NCBI GenBank assembly: GCA_002311135.1
Contig: DBZK01000041.1
Location: forward strand, 10,824-74,823
Length of the DNA: 64,000 nucleotides
Direction: 5' to 3'
Source: Dehalococcoidia bacterium UBA1162
Lineage (GTDB): Bacteria > Chloroflexota > Dehalococcoidia > GIF9 > UBA5629
Below, in pieces: positions 1 to 9,177 of the stretch (position 1 is the stretch's first letter; each line of letters starts with the position of its first letter). The position numbers and the translations under genes are program-made. The notes under the pieces were generated by a model that did no database searches, had not been told where the DNA came from, and saw only the letters and a program-made list of their open reading frames with translations.

Positions 1-1
1 A

Positions 2-901
2 CCGCTCAGTATTCTTCGAGACGCTGGCTATGAGGTTATCCTTAATCCGCACGGCAGGAAGTTAACTGAAGATGAGGTAATTAATCTTCTTCTAGAAATA
101 AAACCAGATGGAATGATTGCCGGGGTAGAGCCACTTACAGCTCAGGTTCTGGAAAAGGCTAAAGACCTGAAAGTAATTTCTCGTTGTGGAATCGGGCTGG
201 ACAATGTGGATTTGAAAGCTGCCAAACGGAAAGGCATAGCTGTGCTGAATACGCCGGATGCCCCCACAGTGGCAGTGGCTGAACTTACGGTCGGGCTGAT
301 CTTCGATCTGCTGAGGCGAATTTCCTTTCTTGATAGAGAACTCAGAAAAGGTAATTGGAGGAAGGACACCGGAAGCTTATTGCAAGGTAAGAGAGTTGGC
401 ATCGTTGGCCTGGGACGTATCGGCAAGAAGGTGGCCGAACTATTGTTGCGGTTGGGTACAAACGTGTCCGGGGTTGAAATAGAACCTGATTTTCAATGGC
501 TCCAGTCAAACCACGTCCAATTAGTTAACATGAAAAAATTGCTAAAAGACAGCGAAATCCTATGCCTGCATATTTCGTATAGTGAAGCTAATAAACACAT
601 GATTGGAAAAAAAGAAATGGAGCTTATGAGAAAAGGGGCATATCTGCTAAACCTCTCCAGAGGGGATGTTGTTGATGAGGAAGCTCTTTATCTACAGTTA
701 ACCAGCGGGCATCTGTCCGGCGCTGCACTTGACGTTTTCGGCAAAGAGCCATATTCCGGACCTCTACGCCAGCTTGACAATGTTGTGGTTACACCGCATA
801 TCGGGTCATACGCCAGGGAGGCTAGATTGGAAATGGAAATGCAGTCCGTGAGGAACCTGTTAAGTGTTCTTAATCCTCATTTCAGCCATGGTTGTGAATA
901 G
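2..901 (+). CDS. D-isomer-specific 2-hydroxyacid dehydrogenase (phosphoglycerate dehydrogenase-like), 5' end outside window
   Basis: Motifs SRCGIGLDNVD, GIVGLGRIG, NLSRG, TPHIGS. The frame is open upstream of 113 to the window edge (PLSILRDAGYEVILNPHGRKLTEDE). Confidence 0.9.
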   Translation, partial: PLSILRDAGYEVILNPHGRKLTEDEVINLLLEIKPDGMIAGVEPLTAQVLEKAKDLKVISRCGIGLDNVDLKAAKRKGIAVLNTPDAPTVAVAELTVGLIFDLLRRISFLDRELRKGNWRKDTGSLLQGKRVGIVGLGRIGKKVAELLLRLGTNVSGVEIEPDFQWLQSNHVQLVNMKKLLKDSEILCLHISYSEANKHMIGKKEMELMRKGAYLLNLSRGDVVDEEALYLQLTSGHLSGAALDVFGKEPYSGPLRQLDNVVVTPHIGSYAREARLEMEMQSVRNLLSVLNPHFSHGCE

Positions 902-940
902 CATCCGCAACGAAAATAGTGATTTTGGGGAATATAGTTA

Positions 941-1573
941 ATGAGGATACAGATGAATAGGTTGGAAAAAATATATTCAAATTCGCAATCTGGAAAAGAT
1001 TACGCCCGTGGGTATCTGTCTTACCTGACTGAACTGTGTGGGACTCTCGATCTTGCGGCAATCGAAAAAATGATTGGGGTATTTGAAAAGGCCAGGGATA
1101 ATGGAAAAACCATCTTCATGGCCGGGAATGGCGGAAGCGCGGCCACCTGTTCGCATTTTGCTGAAGATTTGACCTACGGGACTATCGTGGATGGCAAGAA
1201 ACCATACAAGGCACTAAGCCTGGTTGACAACTCCGCCTATCTAACGGCGGTTGGCAATGATGAGGGATACGAGAACCTCTTTATGGCGCAATTGCGGCCC
1301 CTTTTTAACGCCGGGGATGTCCTGGTAGCCATATCCGTAAGCGGAAATTCTCCCAATTTACTTAGAGCAATTGACTATGCCAACAATAAAAATGGCATTA
1401 CAGTTGGAATAGTTGGCTTTGATGGAGGCTCTATGAAAAACGCCTGCCATCATTGTGTTCATGTAAGTACTCTGAAAGGCGAATACGGGCCTGTTGAGGA
1501 TATTCACCTGATACTTGTTCACCTGATTACAACATATCTGGCATTTAGACTGGGAAAAACAAAACGTGACTAG
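941..1573 (+). CDS. SIS-domain phosphoheptose isomerase (GmhA-like)
   Basis: GNGGSAATCSH, ISVSGNSPN, GFDGG and EDIH motifs. The start could be the ATG at 953. Confidence 0.88.
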   Translation: MRIQMNRLEKIYSNSQSGKDYARGYLSYLTELCGTLDLAAIEKMIGVFEKARDNGKTIFMAGNGGSAATCSHFAEDLTYGTIVDGKKPYKALSLVDNSAYLTAVGNDEGYENLFMAQLRPLFNAGDVLVAISVSGNSPNLLRAIDYANNKNGITVGIVGFDGGSMKNACHHCVHVSTLKGEYGPVEDIHLILVHLITTYLAFRLGKTKRD

Positions 1574-1594
1574 CCTATTTCAAGGAAACGCCTT

Positions 1595-1771
1595 GTGAAT
1601 TATGTGGACCTTAATAAATATCTCGCCGTAGCCGAGCAGGCTGCATTATCCGCCGGTGCATATTTGGGAACTCACAGGACCGGTGTCTTGGTCCAATCTG
1701 GGCACGACAAGGATGTGAAAACAGCCTCGGATAGGGAGACTGAGCGACGTGCTCTGGACAGAACCTTATAG
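1595..1771 (+). pseudogene. N-terminal remnant of an inositol monophosphatase family gene
   Basis: Manual translation ...MDLNKYLAVAEQAALSAGAYL...KDVKTASDRETERR matches the IMPase N-terminal helix and the DxxTxxDxxxE motif. It stops before the DPxDGT motif. Confidence 0.6.
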
Positions 1772-1960
1772 GGAGATTCTTTTCCAACTCGATACATCAA
1801 TATTTTTTACGACTTCACGTATAGTTAGTAGGACTGTTAATTTCTTAACCAATTCTGTTACTGATATTCAAGAACTTCTGAGAGAATTGGAGAATTAATA
1901 TTAGCAAAAAGCCGAATCAAACATTGTTGAGACATAAATGCCAGATGTGATTTTGGAGAA

Positions 1961-2722
1961 GTGAGCGTAATGGAGATTCATTTTGAAAATAAAGTGGTTC
2001 TTATTACCGGCGCAACGCATGGGATTGGCAAGCAGTTAGCGCATGATTTTGGGAAGCTAGGAGCCGAGCTTATTCTAACAGGTACAAGACCGGATGAAAT
2101 AAAAGAATTAAACGAGAACCTGATAAGGAACAATAGAAAGAACATCAAATATTACTGCGCGGATTTTTTAAGTGAAGACTCTCTGTTTAACTTGACTCAT
2201 GAGTTGAGAAAGTTTAGTAAGATAGACGTCTGTATTAATAATTCTGGGATCAATAGAATTGATTATATCTACGACACTTCGCTGACCGACTGGAGTGATA
2301 TTATTAACGTAAACCTTAAGGCACCCTTTGTGATATGTCGAGAGGTAAGCCAAATCATGAAAAAAAATGGCTACGGCAAAATTATCAATATTGCTTCCAT
2401 ATTCGGTGTGATCAGCAGGGAGAAAAGGTCAATTTATTCATCAACTAAATCTGGATTAATTGGGCTGACCAGAGCTGCCGCAATTGACCTAGCACCATAT
2501 AATATATTGGTGAATTGCGTTTCCCCTGGTTTTGTTTTAACCGATCTGACAAAAAAAACATTGAGCGAAACCGAAATTAAAGATTTAGTAAAGAGAATAC
2601 CGATGGGAAGACTTGCTACCCCTGAAGATATATCGAAGGTCATATTATTCCTATCAAGTGAGCTGAATACTTACATTTCGGGGCAGAATATCATCGTGGA
2701 TGGTGGTTATGTCAACACTTAA
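1961..2722 (+). CDS. SDR family oxidoreductase
   Basis: TGATHGIG, NNSG, YSSTK, SPGFV, VDGG motifs. Confidence 0.9.
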   Translation: MSVMEIHFENKVVLITGATHGIGKQLAHDFGKLGAELILTGTRPDEIKELNENLIRNNRKNIKYYCADFLSEDSLFNLTHELRKFSKIDVCINNSGINRIDYIYDTSLTDWSDIINVNLKAPFVICREVSQIMKKNGYGKIINIASIFGVISREKRSIYSSTKSGLIGLTRAAAIDLAPYNILVNCVSPGFVLTDLTKKTLSETEIKDLVKRIPMGRLATPEDISKVILFLSSELNTYISGQNIIVDGGYVNT

Positions 2723-3782
2723 AGAGCTAAAAGTGAAGTCTAATATAAAAGACTATTCCATTATATTTGTAGATGATTTCTCCGAGGCTTTGATTAAGAA
2801 CTCGTCAGAAAAATCCTTTTATATAATTGATCAATCTGTATTCTATCACTACAAGGACAAGCTTCATAGTATATTAGCAAAACAGAAGCATCTGATAGTT
2901 GAAGCAAGCGAGTCGCATAAGACCCTCGACTACGCTCAAACTATCATAAAGCTCCTTATAAATAATAGTATTAAAAGGGATGACAGGCTAGTGGCAATTG
3001 GTGGAGGCATCATCCAGGATATAACTGGATTCGTATCATCAATACTGTTCCGGGGAATAGCATGGATTTTATATCCCACTACTCTATTATCACAGAGTGA
3101 TAGCTGCATCGGAAGTAAAACTTCAATCAATGTAGGTGAGTTTAAAAATCAGCTGGGAACTTATTATCCACCAGACCATATAGTATTAGATTTCAATTTT
3201 CTCAAAACTTTATCACTAATCGATATAAAATCAGGCTTAGGGGAAATAATTAAGGTTCACCTTTTAGATGGGGAAGACAGCCTGGAATATATTCTGTCTC
3301 ATTATACTGAGTCAGCTTCAAGCCCTGTACTCAATGAGCTAATACTTAGAAGTTTATCGATTAAGAAGAAAATAATAGAAAAGGATGAATTCGATAGGGA
3401 TTACCGAAACATATTAAATTATGGTCACACATTCGGTCATGCTATCGAGTCTATCACAAGCTATAAAGTATGCCATGGTCAGGCAGTTACAATAGGAATG
3501 GATATGGCAAATTATATATCCTTTAGGCTTGGGATTTTGCCAGAGAAATCTTACCAACAGATGAGAAAAGCATTGGAAAAGAACTACCCTGATATTCGCC
3601 TTGAATCTGAACAAATGGAGCCATTTTTAGTTGCTTTATCTAAGGATAAAAAGAATGTTGACGAAAATCTTAGTTTTATATTAACTAAAGGTCCCGGTGA
3701 AATGCTAAAAAGGAAGCTCCCGATAGACGATAGCTTAAAACAATATCTCAATGATTATAGGAGTATCCAAAATGCATCATAA
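2709..3782 (+). CDS. AroB-related sugar phosphate cyclase (3-dehydroquinate synthase family)
   Basis: GGGIIQD, PTTLLSQSDSCIGSKTSIN, KNQLG, LNYGHTFGHAIE, HGQAV motifs. The ATG at 2709 overlaps the SDR stop. Confidence 0.88.
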   Translation: MSTLKELKVKSNIKDYSIIFVDDFSEALIKNSSEKSFYIIDQSVFYHYKDKLHSILAKQKHLIVEASESHKTLDYAQTIIKLLINNSIKRDDRLVAIGGGIIQDITGFVSSILFRGIAWILYPTTLLSQSDSCIGSKTSINVGEFKNQLGTYYPPDHIVLDFNFLKTLSLIDIKSGLGEIIKVHLLDGEDSLEYILSHYTESASSPVLNELILRSLSIKKKIIEKDEFDRDYRNILNYGHTFGHAIESITSYKVCHGQAVTIGMDMANYISFRLGILPEKSYQQMRKALEKNYPDIRLESEQMEPFLVALSKDKKNVDENLSFILTKGPGEMLKRKLPIDDSLKQYLNDYRSIQNAS

Positions 3783-4755
3783 AGCAGGTATTCTAGGCTT
3801 TGGAAAGATGGGTAGAATAAGGAAGGACAATATAAATTCTATCCGAGATTGTTCAGTGAAATATGTATGTGATTCCGTGCCTCAAGAGGGTAACTTCAAA
3901 TTTACCAAAGAGCCCAATGAAATATTTAACGATGATGATGTTGATATTGTTTTTGTCTGTACCCCGAACTATTTGAACAAAGATTTAATAATTCGTGGAC
4001 TGGATTCAGGGAAACATGTTTTCTGCGAGAAACCGCCCGGCGTCAATTCGGCCCAGATTTTGGAAATAATCGGTGCTGAAAAGAGAAATCCCGGATGTAA
4101 ATTCATGGTTGGTTTCAACCATCGGCAGCACCAGAGCATTATTGAAGCGAAAAGGCTGGTCGATTCTGGTAAATACGGGAAAATATTGTGGCTGAGAGGG
4201 CGCTATGGAAAGAGTGTAGATAAAGATTTCTTCAACACCTGGCGCGCCAAGAAAGCCTATGCCGGTGGCGGGATTCTGATGGACCAGGGCATACACATGC
4301 TCGATCTTTTCTTAATGTTCTGTGACTCGTTCGAAGAAGTAAAGGCTGTTTGCTCGGATCTGTACTGGCACCTGGACATTGAGGATAACGTATTCGCAAT
4401 CCTGAAGAATTCACGGGGGCAGGTCGCATCGCTTCACTCCACGATGACACAATGGCGACACATTTTTTCCTTCGAAATGTTCATGGAACGGGGTTACATC
4501 GTCATTAACGGCTTGTTAACACCCTCGGGGACATATGGAAAAGAGGAGATGTCTGTAGCTGAAAACCGAACGGAGGCCCCGGAAGCAGTCTGGACAAAAG
4601 AAGAGAGGTTTGCATTTTCGATTGACAATTCCTTTGAAGAAGAGGTAAGAACATTTATTCAATGCATAGACACGAATGCCCCGGTAGCGACAGCCAACTC
4701 GGCTGATTCCTTAAAAGTAATGAGATTGATTGAAAAGATATACCAATCAGGATAA
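3772..4755 (+). CDS. Gfo/Idh/MocA family oxidoreductase
   Basis: GILGFGKMG, HVFCEKP, GGGILMDQGIH motifs. Confidence 0.9.
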   Translation: MHHKAGILGFGKMGRIRKDNINSIRDCSVKYVCDSVPQEGNFKFTKEPNEIFNDDDVDIVFVCTPNYLNKDLIIRGLDSGKHVFCEKPPGVNSAQILEIIGAEKRNPGCKFMVGFNHRQHQSIIEAKRLVDSGKYGKILWLRGRYGKSVDKDFFNTWRAKKAYAGGGILMDQGIHMLDLFLMFCDSFEEVKAVCSDLYWHLDIEDNVFAILKNSRGQVASLHSTMTQWRHIFSFEMFMERGYIVINGLLTPSGTYGKEEMSVAENRTEAPEAVWTKEERFAFSIDNSFEEEVRTFIQCIDTNAPVATANSADSLKVMRLIEKIYQSG

Positions 4756-4886
4756 CTATTCACTACCGGACAAAGACTATCATTGATGACTAGACAAATA
4801 CCGTGGGCAATTCGGATACACGCCGATGTAATAGAGTATGTTCAGTGATAGAATGGCTTTGATAAATCTGATAGTCTGAAAGGGAG

Positions 4887-5858
4887 TTGATTGTGACAGT
4901 GACTGAAGTAAATGTAAGTATAATAGTACCAACGTATAACAGAGGGTACATGGTAGGGCGAGCCATTCAAAGCATCCTTAATCAGACTTATGAGGATTTT
5001 GAAATACTTATAGTTGACGACACCTCGACTGATAACACATCTGAGATTGTACAAAGCATTAGTTCTAAAAAGATCGCGTATATTCGGCATGAGAGAAATA
5101 AGGGACCAGCGGCTACGCGTAATACTGGGATAATGGCAGCAAAAGGCGAGTATATAGCGTTTTTGGATAGCGACGATGAATGGCTCCCAGAGAAACTTGA
5201 GAAACAGATGAAAGCTTTTAGGAATGCATCGCCTCAAGTTGGCATAGTATACACTGGTCTGATACAAGTAGAAGGAAATAACAAAACCTATATACCACCA
5301 CCTTATACAGCTAATAGAGAAGGCAATATCCATTACAGCCTCTTTGTAGACCCTCTTATTGTGTATCCTTCAACCGCTGTCATACGAAGAGAGTGTCTTT
5401 CAAAAGTCGGGATGTTCGATGAGTGTTTCCATATCTCCGAAGACAGGGAATTGTGGATAAGAATTTCAAAGTACTACGATATTAAGTTAATCGACGAGCC
5501 ATTGGTAATACATAATTTCATGCCCGACCATCTTACCGCAACTAAGCCAGCTTCTTGTACTAGAGGTCTAGAAATGATCTTGGAGAAACATTTTGAAGAC
5601 ATCAGGAAAGACAGACGAACACTGGCAAGATTCTACGTCAACCTGGGGGCTAGTTTGTGCTCCGAGGGAAAACTGAGCGAAGGAAGAGGCTATTTTTTTA
5701 AAGCTGCCATCGCAAATCCTTTAGATATCGTTTCTATGCTTGCTTATCTAGCTTCCTTGACTGGGCAAAACGGCTACGACAAAGCTGTGATAAGCTACAA
5801 GAAAATGCATGAGCGGGGGGTTACAAAAAAGCATGGATCTATCTTGTCTTTGCAATAA
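4887..5858 (+). CDS. GT2 family glycosyltransferase
   Basis: SIIVPTYNR, VDD, ATRNTG, FLDSDD, ED motifs. Exact start uncertain. Confidence 0.92.
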   Translation: MIVTVTEVNVSIIVPTYNRGYMVGRAIQSILNQTYEDFEILIVDDTSTDNTSEIVQSISSKKIAYIRHERNKGPAATRNTGIMAAKGEYIAFLDSDDEWLPEKLEKQMKAFRNASPQVGIVYTGLIQVEGNNKTYIPPPYTANREGNIHYSLFVDPLIVYPSTAVIRRECLSKVGMFDECFHISEDRELWIRISKYYDIKLIDEPLVIHNFMPDHLTATKPASCTRGLEMILEKHFEDIRKDRRTLARFYVNLGASLCSEGKLSEGRGYFFKAAIANPLDIVSMLAYLASLTGQNGYDKAVISYKKMHERGVTKKHGSILSLQ

Positions 5859-5886
5859 TCTTTGGAACGAATAGCAGCAGCGGGAA

Positions 5887-8178
5887 ATGATGGCTGACCC
5901 TCTTCAGATAAACGACTGGGAAATCAAGAAATTCCTTCTCGTAATCTCTATTGTTCAGTTCATTGTGCTGGGCCTCCTGGGATTGAGTGCTTTGGGCATC
6001 GATATCCCGGTTTTGAGGCAAACCGTTGGTCTTATCTACCTCACCTTTATTCCAGGGATTATTATCATTCGGATTTTCAAGCTTCATAATTTGGGCTCGG
6101 TTAAAACGTTAGTATATTGTGTTGGCTTAAGCCTTGCCTTCGATATGTTCCTCGGATTCCTCATAAACGGGTTCTACCCGTATATCGGCATTTCACGTCC
6201 GATTTCAACCTTGCCTCTAGTAATTACATGGACGGTTGTCCTGGGAATCCTCTCTTTGATAGCCTACATCAGGGATAAAGGTTATGCCGAATCCATACGT
6301 ATAGACTGTAGAACTCTATTGTCTCCTCCGGCGCTTTTACTATTCTTATTGCTGTCTGTCAGCATTCTCGGGGACTGTTTGCTCAACGCACATCAAACCG
6401 GCGCTATTCCTGTTCAGCTATTGGTGCTAGGGTTGGGCGCCGTTGTCGTAGCCCTTATTGTCTTTGGCAAATTCATCCCGCATGAATTATACCCCCTGAT
6501 AATATTCTTACTTGCACTGGCTCTGCTTCTTCATTATTCTTTATCATCCTTCGACGTGACGGGGCGAGATGCTAGACACGAGTACTATCTATATAGCCTA
6601 GTAGCAGCCAACGGGGTCTGGAATTCAGCCGCGGTGACCGACCCATATAATGCTATGCTCAGCGTCACCATTCTACCCGCCATATTCTCTAACATACTAA
6701 ATCTTGATGGAAGATGGTTATTTATTATCATATGGCCCATATTTTATGCCCTGGTGCCCTTAGGCTTGTATACGGTCTACGAGAGGCAGGTAGGCAATAA
6801 GAACGCGTTTCTTGCTGCTTTCTATCTGATAACAATCTCGGTGTTCTATGCTACCATGACAATATTGCCGAGGCAAGAGATCGGCATGTTCTTCCTTGCA
6901 CTGATAATATTAATCATTGTGGACAAACAGGTCAGCCAGCTCAATAGAAGAATTTTGCTGATCACTTTCGCATTTGCGCTGATAGTATCTCATTATACCG
7001 TATCGTATGTTTTCTTAATTCTTTGTCTGATTGCATTATCCTTATGGCTGGTCTTTAATAAACCAAGAGGCGCCCTGATGACGACGACCTTTGTGTTACT
7101 TTTCATAGTGTCAGCTCTTGGCTGGTATATTTATAATGCGCAGTCATCAACATTTAGCGCAATTGCGCATATAGGTCAACATCTTACGGCAAGCTTATAT
7201 AACGAGTTATTCAATTTAAATACGCGAGAAGCGTCCTTCATATTGACCGCAGGACAACCTGGCGCTCTGCGTTACATTCACATTGGTCTCTTATTGCTGA
7301 TGCAGTTCTTCATTGGCATCGGTATTTTGAAGCTGATCATTGCCCGGCCACGAAAAAAAGTTTATGGAGAATACGACATCTTTGCACTGGCGTGTTTTTC
7401 CTTTCTGCTTGTTTGCATAGTGGTTCCTTTTTTAACGGATTATTCAAGCGTGGAAAGGCTCTATACCATAGCATTGTTGTTTCTGGCGCCGTTCTGTATC
7501 TCCGGTGGTGAATTATTTCTGGGGCTGACATGGAAAAAGCTAAACCTGGGCTGGAAACGACTTGGTTTCAGGTTCCAGAGGGTATCCAGGCTGACAACAA
7601 GTGACGCGACGGCACCACCGACCGGCGTTAGCACAGATAGCCTTCCCCATCAATTGAATCAGACGCAGACTTGGCAGGGTATACTGGCTTTGTTGTTGAT
7701 AGCACTATTCTTTTTTGCCAGTGAATTCGTCTACGCTATAGCTGAACCAGGAACATCTTTTATAACGCATCCTCTTGACGCCGGCAGTGATTATCTATAT
7801 TCGTGGTTCAGCCCGCCAGAGGCTAGCGGAGCATTATGGTTGCTGGACCGGATGGACAGCAAAACACAAGTATGGTTTGATGACAGTGGAAGAAGCCTCT
7901 TTGCCGCGTATAGAGGTTACGAATTTGGACACTATATCACCGTGCAGGACAAATCTCTGAAGGGAAAATATCCGATACCCGACGGTGCCTATATTTTTCT
8001 CAGGAAGTACAATATAAATCATGGGGTAATAATAGCGATTATCCCCAATGATCTATCATGGAAGCGGCAACAAACCGTAGTAAATATAGATGATATAGTA
8101 TCACTGGATAACAGGAACAGGATCTATTACAACGGCGGTGCAGTGATATATAAGGATGCGCAAGGGAATATCAAGTAG
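5887..8178 (+). CDS. DUF2206-like polytopic membrane protein (GT-C-like/polymerase-like, archaeal type)
   Basis: Many TM segments. N-terminus PLQINDWEIKKFL, and GRDARHEY, YNAMLSVTILP, RQEIG, SHY, NRIYYNG motifs as I recall them from DUF2206 proteins. Confidence 0.72.
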   Translation: MMADPLQINDWEIKKFLLVISIVQFIVLGLLGLSALGIDIPVLRQTVGLIYLTFIPGIIIIRIFKLHNLGSVKTLVYCVGLSLAFDMFLGFLINGFYPYIGISRPISTLPLVITWTVVLGILSLIAYIRDKGYAESIRIDCRTLLSPPALLLFLLLSVSILGDCLLNAHQTGAIPVQLLVLGLGAVVVALIVFGKFIPHELYPLIIFLLALALLLHYSLSSFDVTGRDARHEYYLYSLVAANGVWNSAAVTDPYNAMLSVTILPAIFSNILNLDGRWLFIIIWPIFYALVPLGLYTVYERQVGNKNAFLAAFYLITISVFYATMTILPRQEIGMFFLALIILIIVDKQVSQLNRRILLITFAFALIVSHYTVSYVFLILCLIALSLWLVFNKPRGALMTTTFVLLFIVSALGWYIYNAQSSTFSAIAHIGQHLTASLYNELFNLNTREASFILTAGQPGALRYIHIGLLLLMQFFIGIGILKLIIARPRKKVYGEYDIFALACFSFLLVCIVVPFLTDYSSVERLYTIALLFLAPFCISGGELFLGLTWKKLNLGWKRLGFRFQRVSRLTTSDATAPPTGVSTDSLPHQLNQTQTWQGILALLLIALFFFASEFVYAIAEPGTSFITHPLDAGSDYLYSWFSPPEASGALWLLDRMDSKTQVWFDDSGRSLFAAYRGYEFGHYITVQDKSLKGKYPIPDGAYIFLRKYNINHGVIIAIIPNDLSWKRQQTVVNIDDIVSLDNRNRIYYNGGAVIYKDAQGNIK

Positions 8179-8193
8179 AATCAGGCATGATGC

Positions 8194-9114
8194 TCAAGCG
8201 GCAAGTAATTGAAACCCATCTCTGACCCCTCTTAGGAAAGACATAAAGCTTTCCTGGCTTCTACGACGCACCAATAAATGACCGCTCATCATCCAAACTG
8301 AGAACGTAAAATAGTATAATAGAAATGTGGCCATCTGAAGCTTGCCGGCATGCTTTCTCATAAATAAAAATCTGTTCCTCTCCATGTAATATACAGCCTC
8401 AACTCTCTTAATTGATGGGAAACCTTTATCCCACATTCTTAACCAACCTTTATGCCATATCCTGGCTTGAGGACAGCAAACGATGCGAAATCCTTGCTTG
8501 CTTGCTCTCAGGCAATAATCAATCTCTTCCCAATACTTAAAATAGCTGGCATCAATCAACCCTATACTTTGTATTACCTCGCGCCGGACCAGAAAGCATG
8601 AACCATCACACCAGGCTGTATCCTGAACGTCCTCAAATTGCCCCGAATCCGCCTCTTTAACAACTGCCCAACCGGCTTTGCCCCTATATAAGTCTATTTT
8701 TGCCGTGGTATGCTGGGCTTCGTTAGGATTATTATAGAAATAAATCTTCGGGCCGGCTATGCCGATTGAGCAGTCTTGCTTGGTCACTTTCACAAGTTCA
8801 TCTAAGAATTGCGGGGCTACCACTGTATCATTATTGAGCAGTAAAACATATTTAAGCTCAGATTTGCTTAAAACATGTCTGATCGCAATATTATTCCCCT
8901 CAGCAAAGCCATAATTCCTATCATTCTGGATCAGATATATATAGTCCCCGAATTTTTCCCTTAGTATCTGGGCTTCGTTGTTTGCGGAGGCATTATCGAC
9001 CACAATGACCTCGTAATTTGGATAAGTTATCTTTTTGAGTGATTCAAGACACTCTATAGTATCCTCCAGCCCATTCCAGTTTAGGATTATGATAGAGACT
9101 CTCGGATATTCCAT
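8194..9114 (-). CDS. GT2 family glycosyltransferase (rhamnosyltransferase-like)
   Basis: IIILNWNG, VDNAS, NYGFAEGNN, LLNND, YWEEIDYC motifs. Confidence 0.92.
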   Translation of the reverse strand: MEYPRVSIIILNWNGLEDTIECLESLKKITYPNYEVIVVDNASANNEAQILREKFGDYIYLIQNDRNYGFAEGNNIAIRHVLSKSELKYVLLLNNDTVVAPQFLDELVKVTKQDCSIGIAGPKIYFYNNPNEAQHTTAKIDLYRGKAGWAVVKEADSGQFEDVQDTAWCDGSCFLVRREVIQSIGLIDASYFKYWEEIDYCLRASKQGFRIVCCPQARIWHKGWLRMWDKGFPSIKRVEAVYYMERNRFLFMRKHAGKLQMATFLLYYFTFSVWMMSGHLLVRRRSQESFMSFLRGVRDGFQLLAA

Positions 9115-9177
9115 TCTTTACTCCTATTTGTATATAAAACCCCTCACGGGCCTGTATTACTTCGCCATTGCTGCCGT

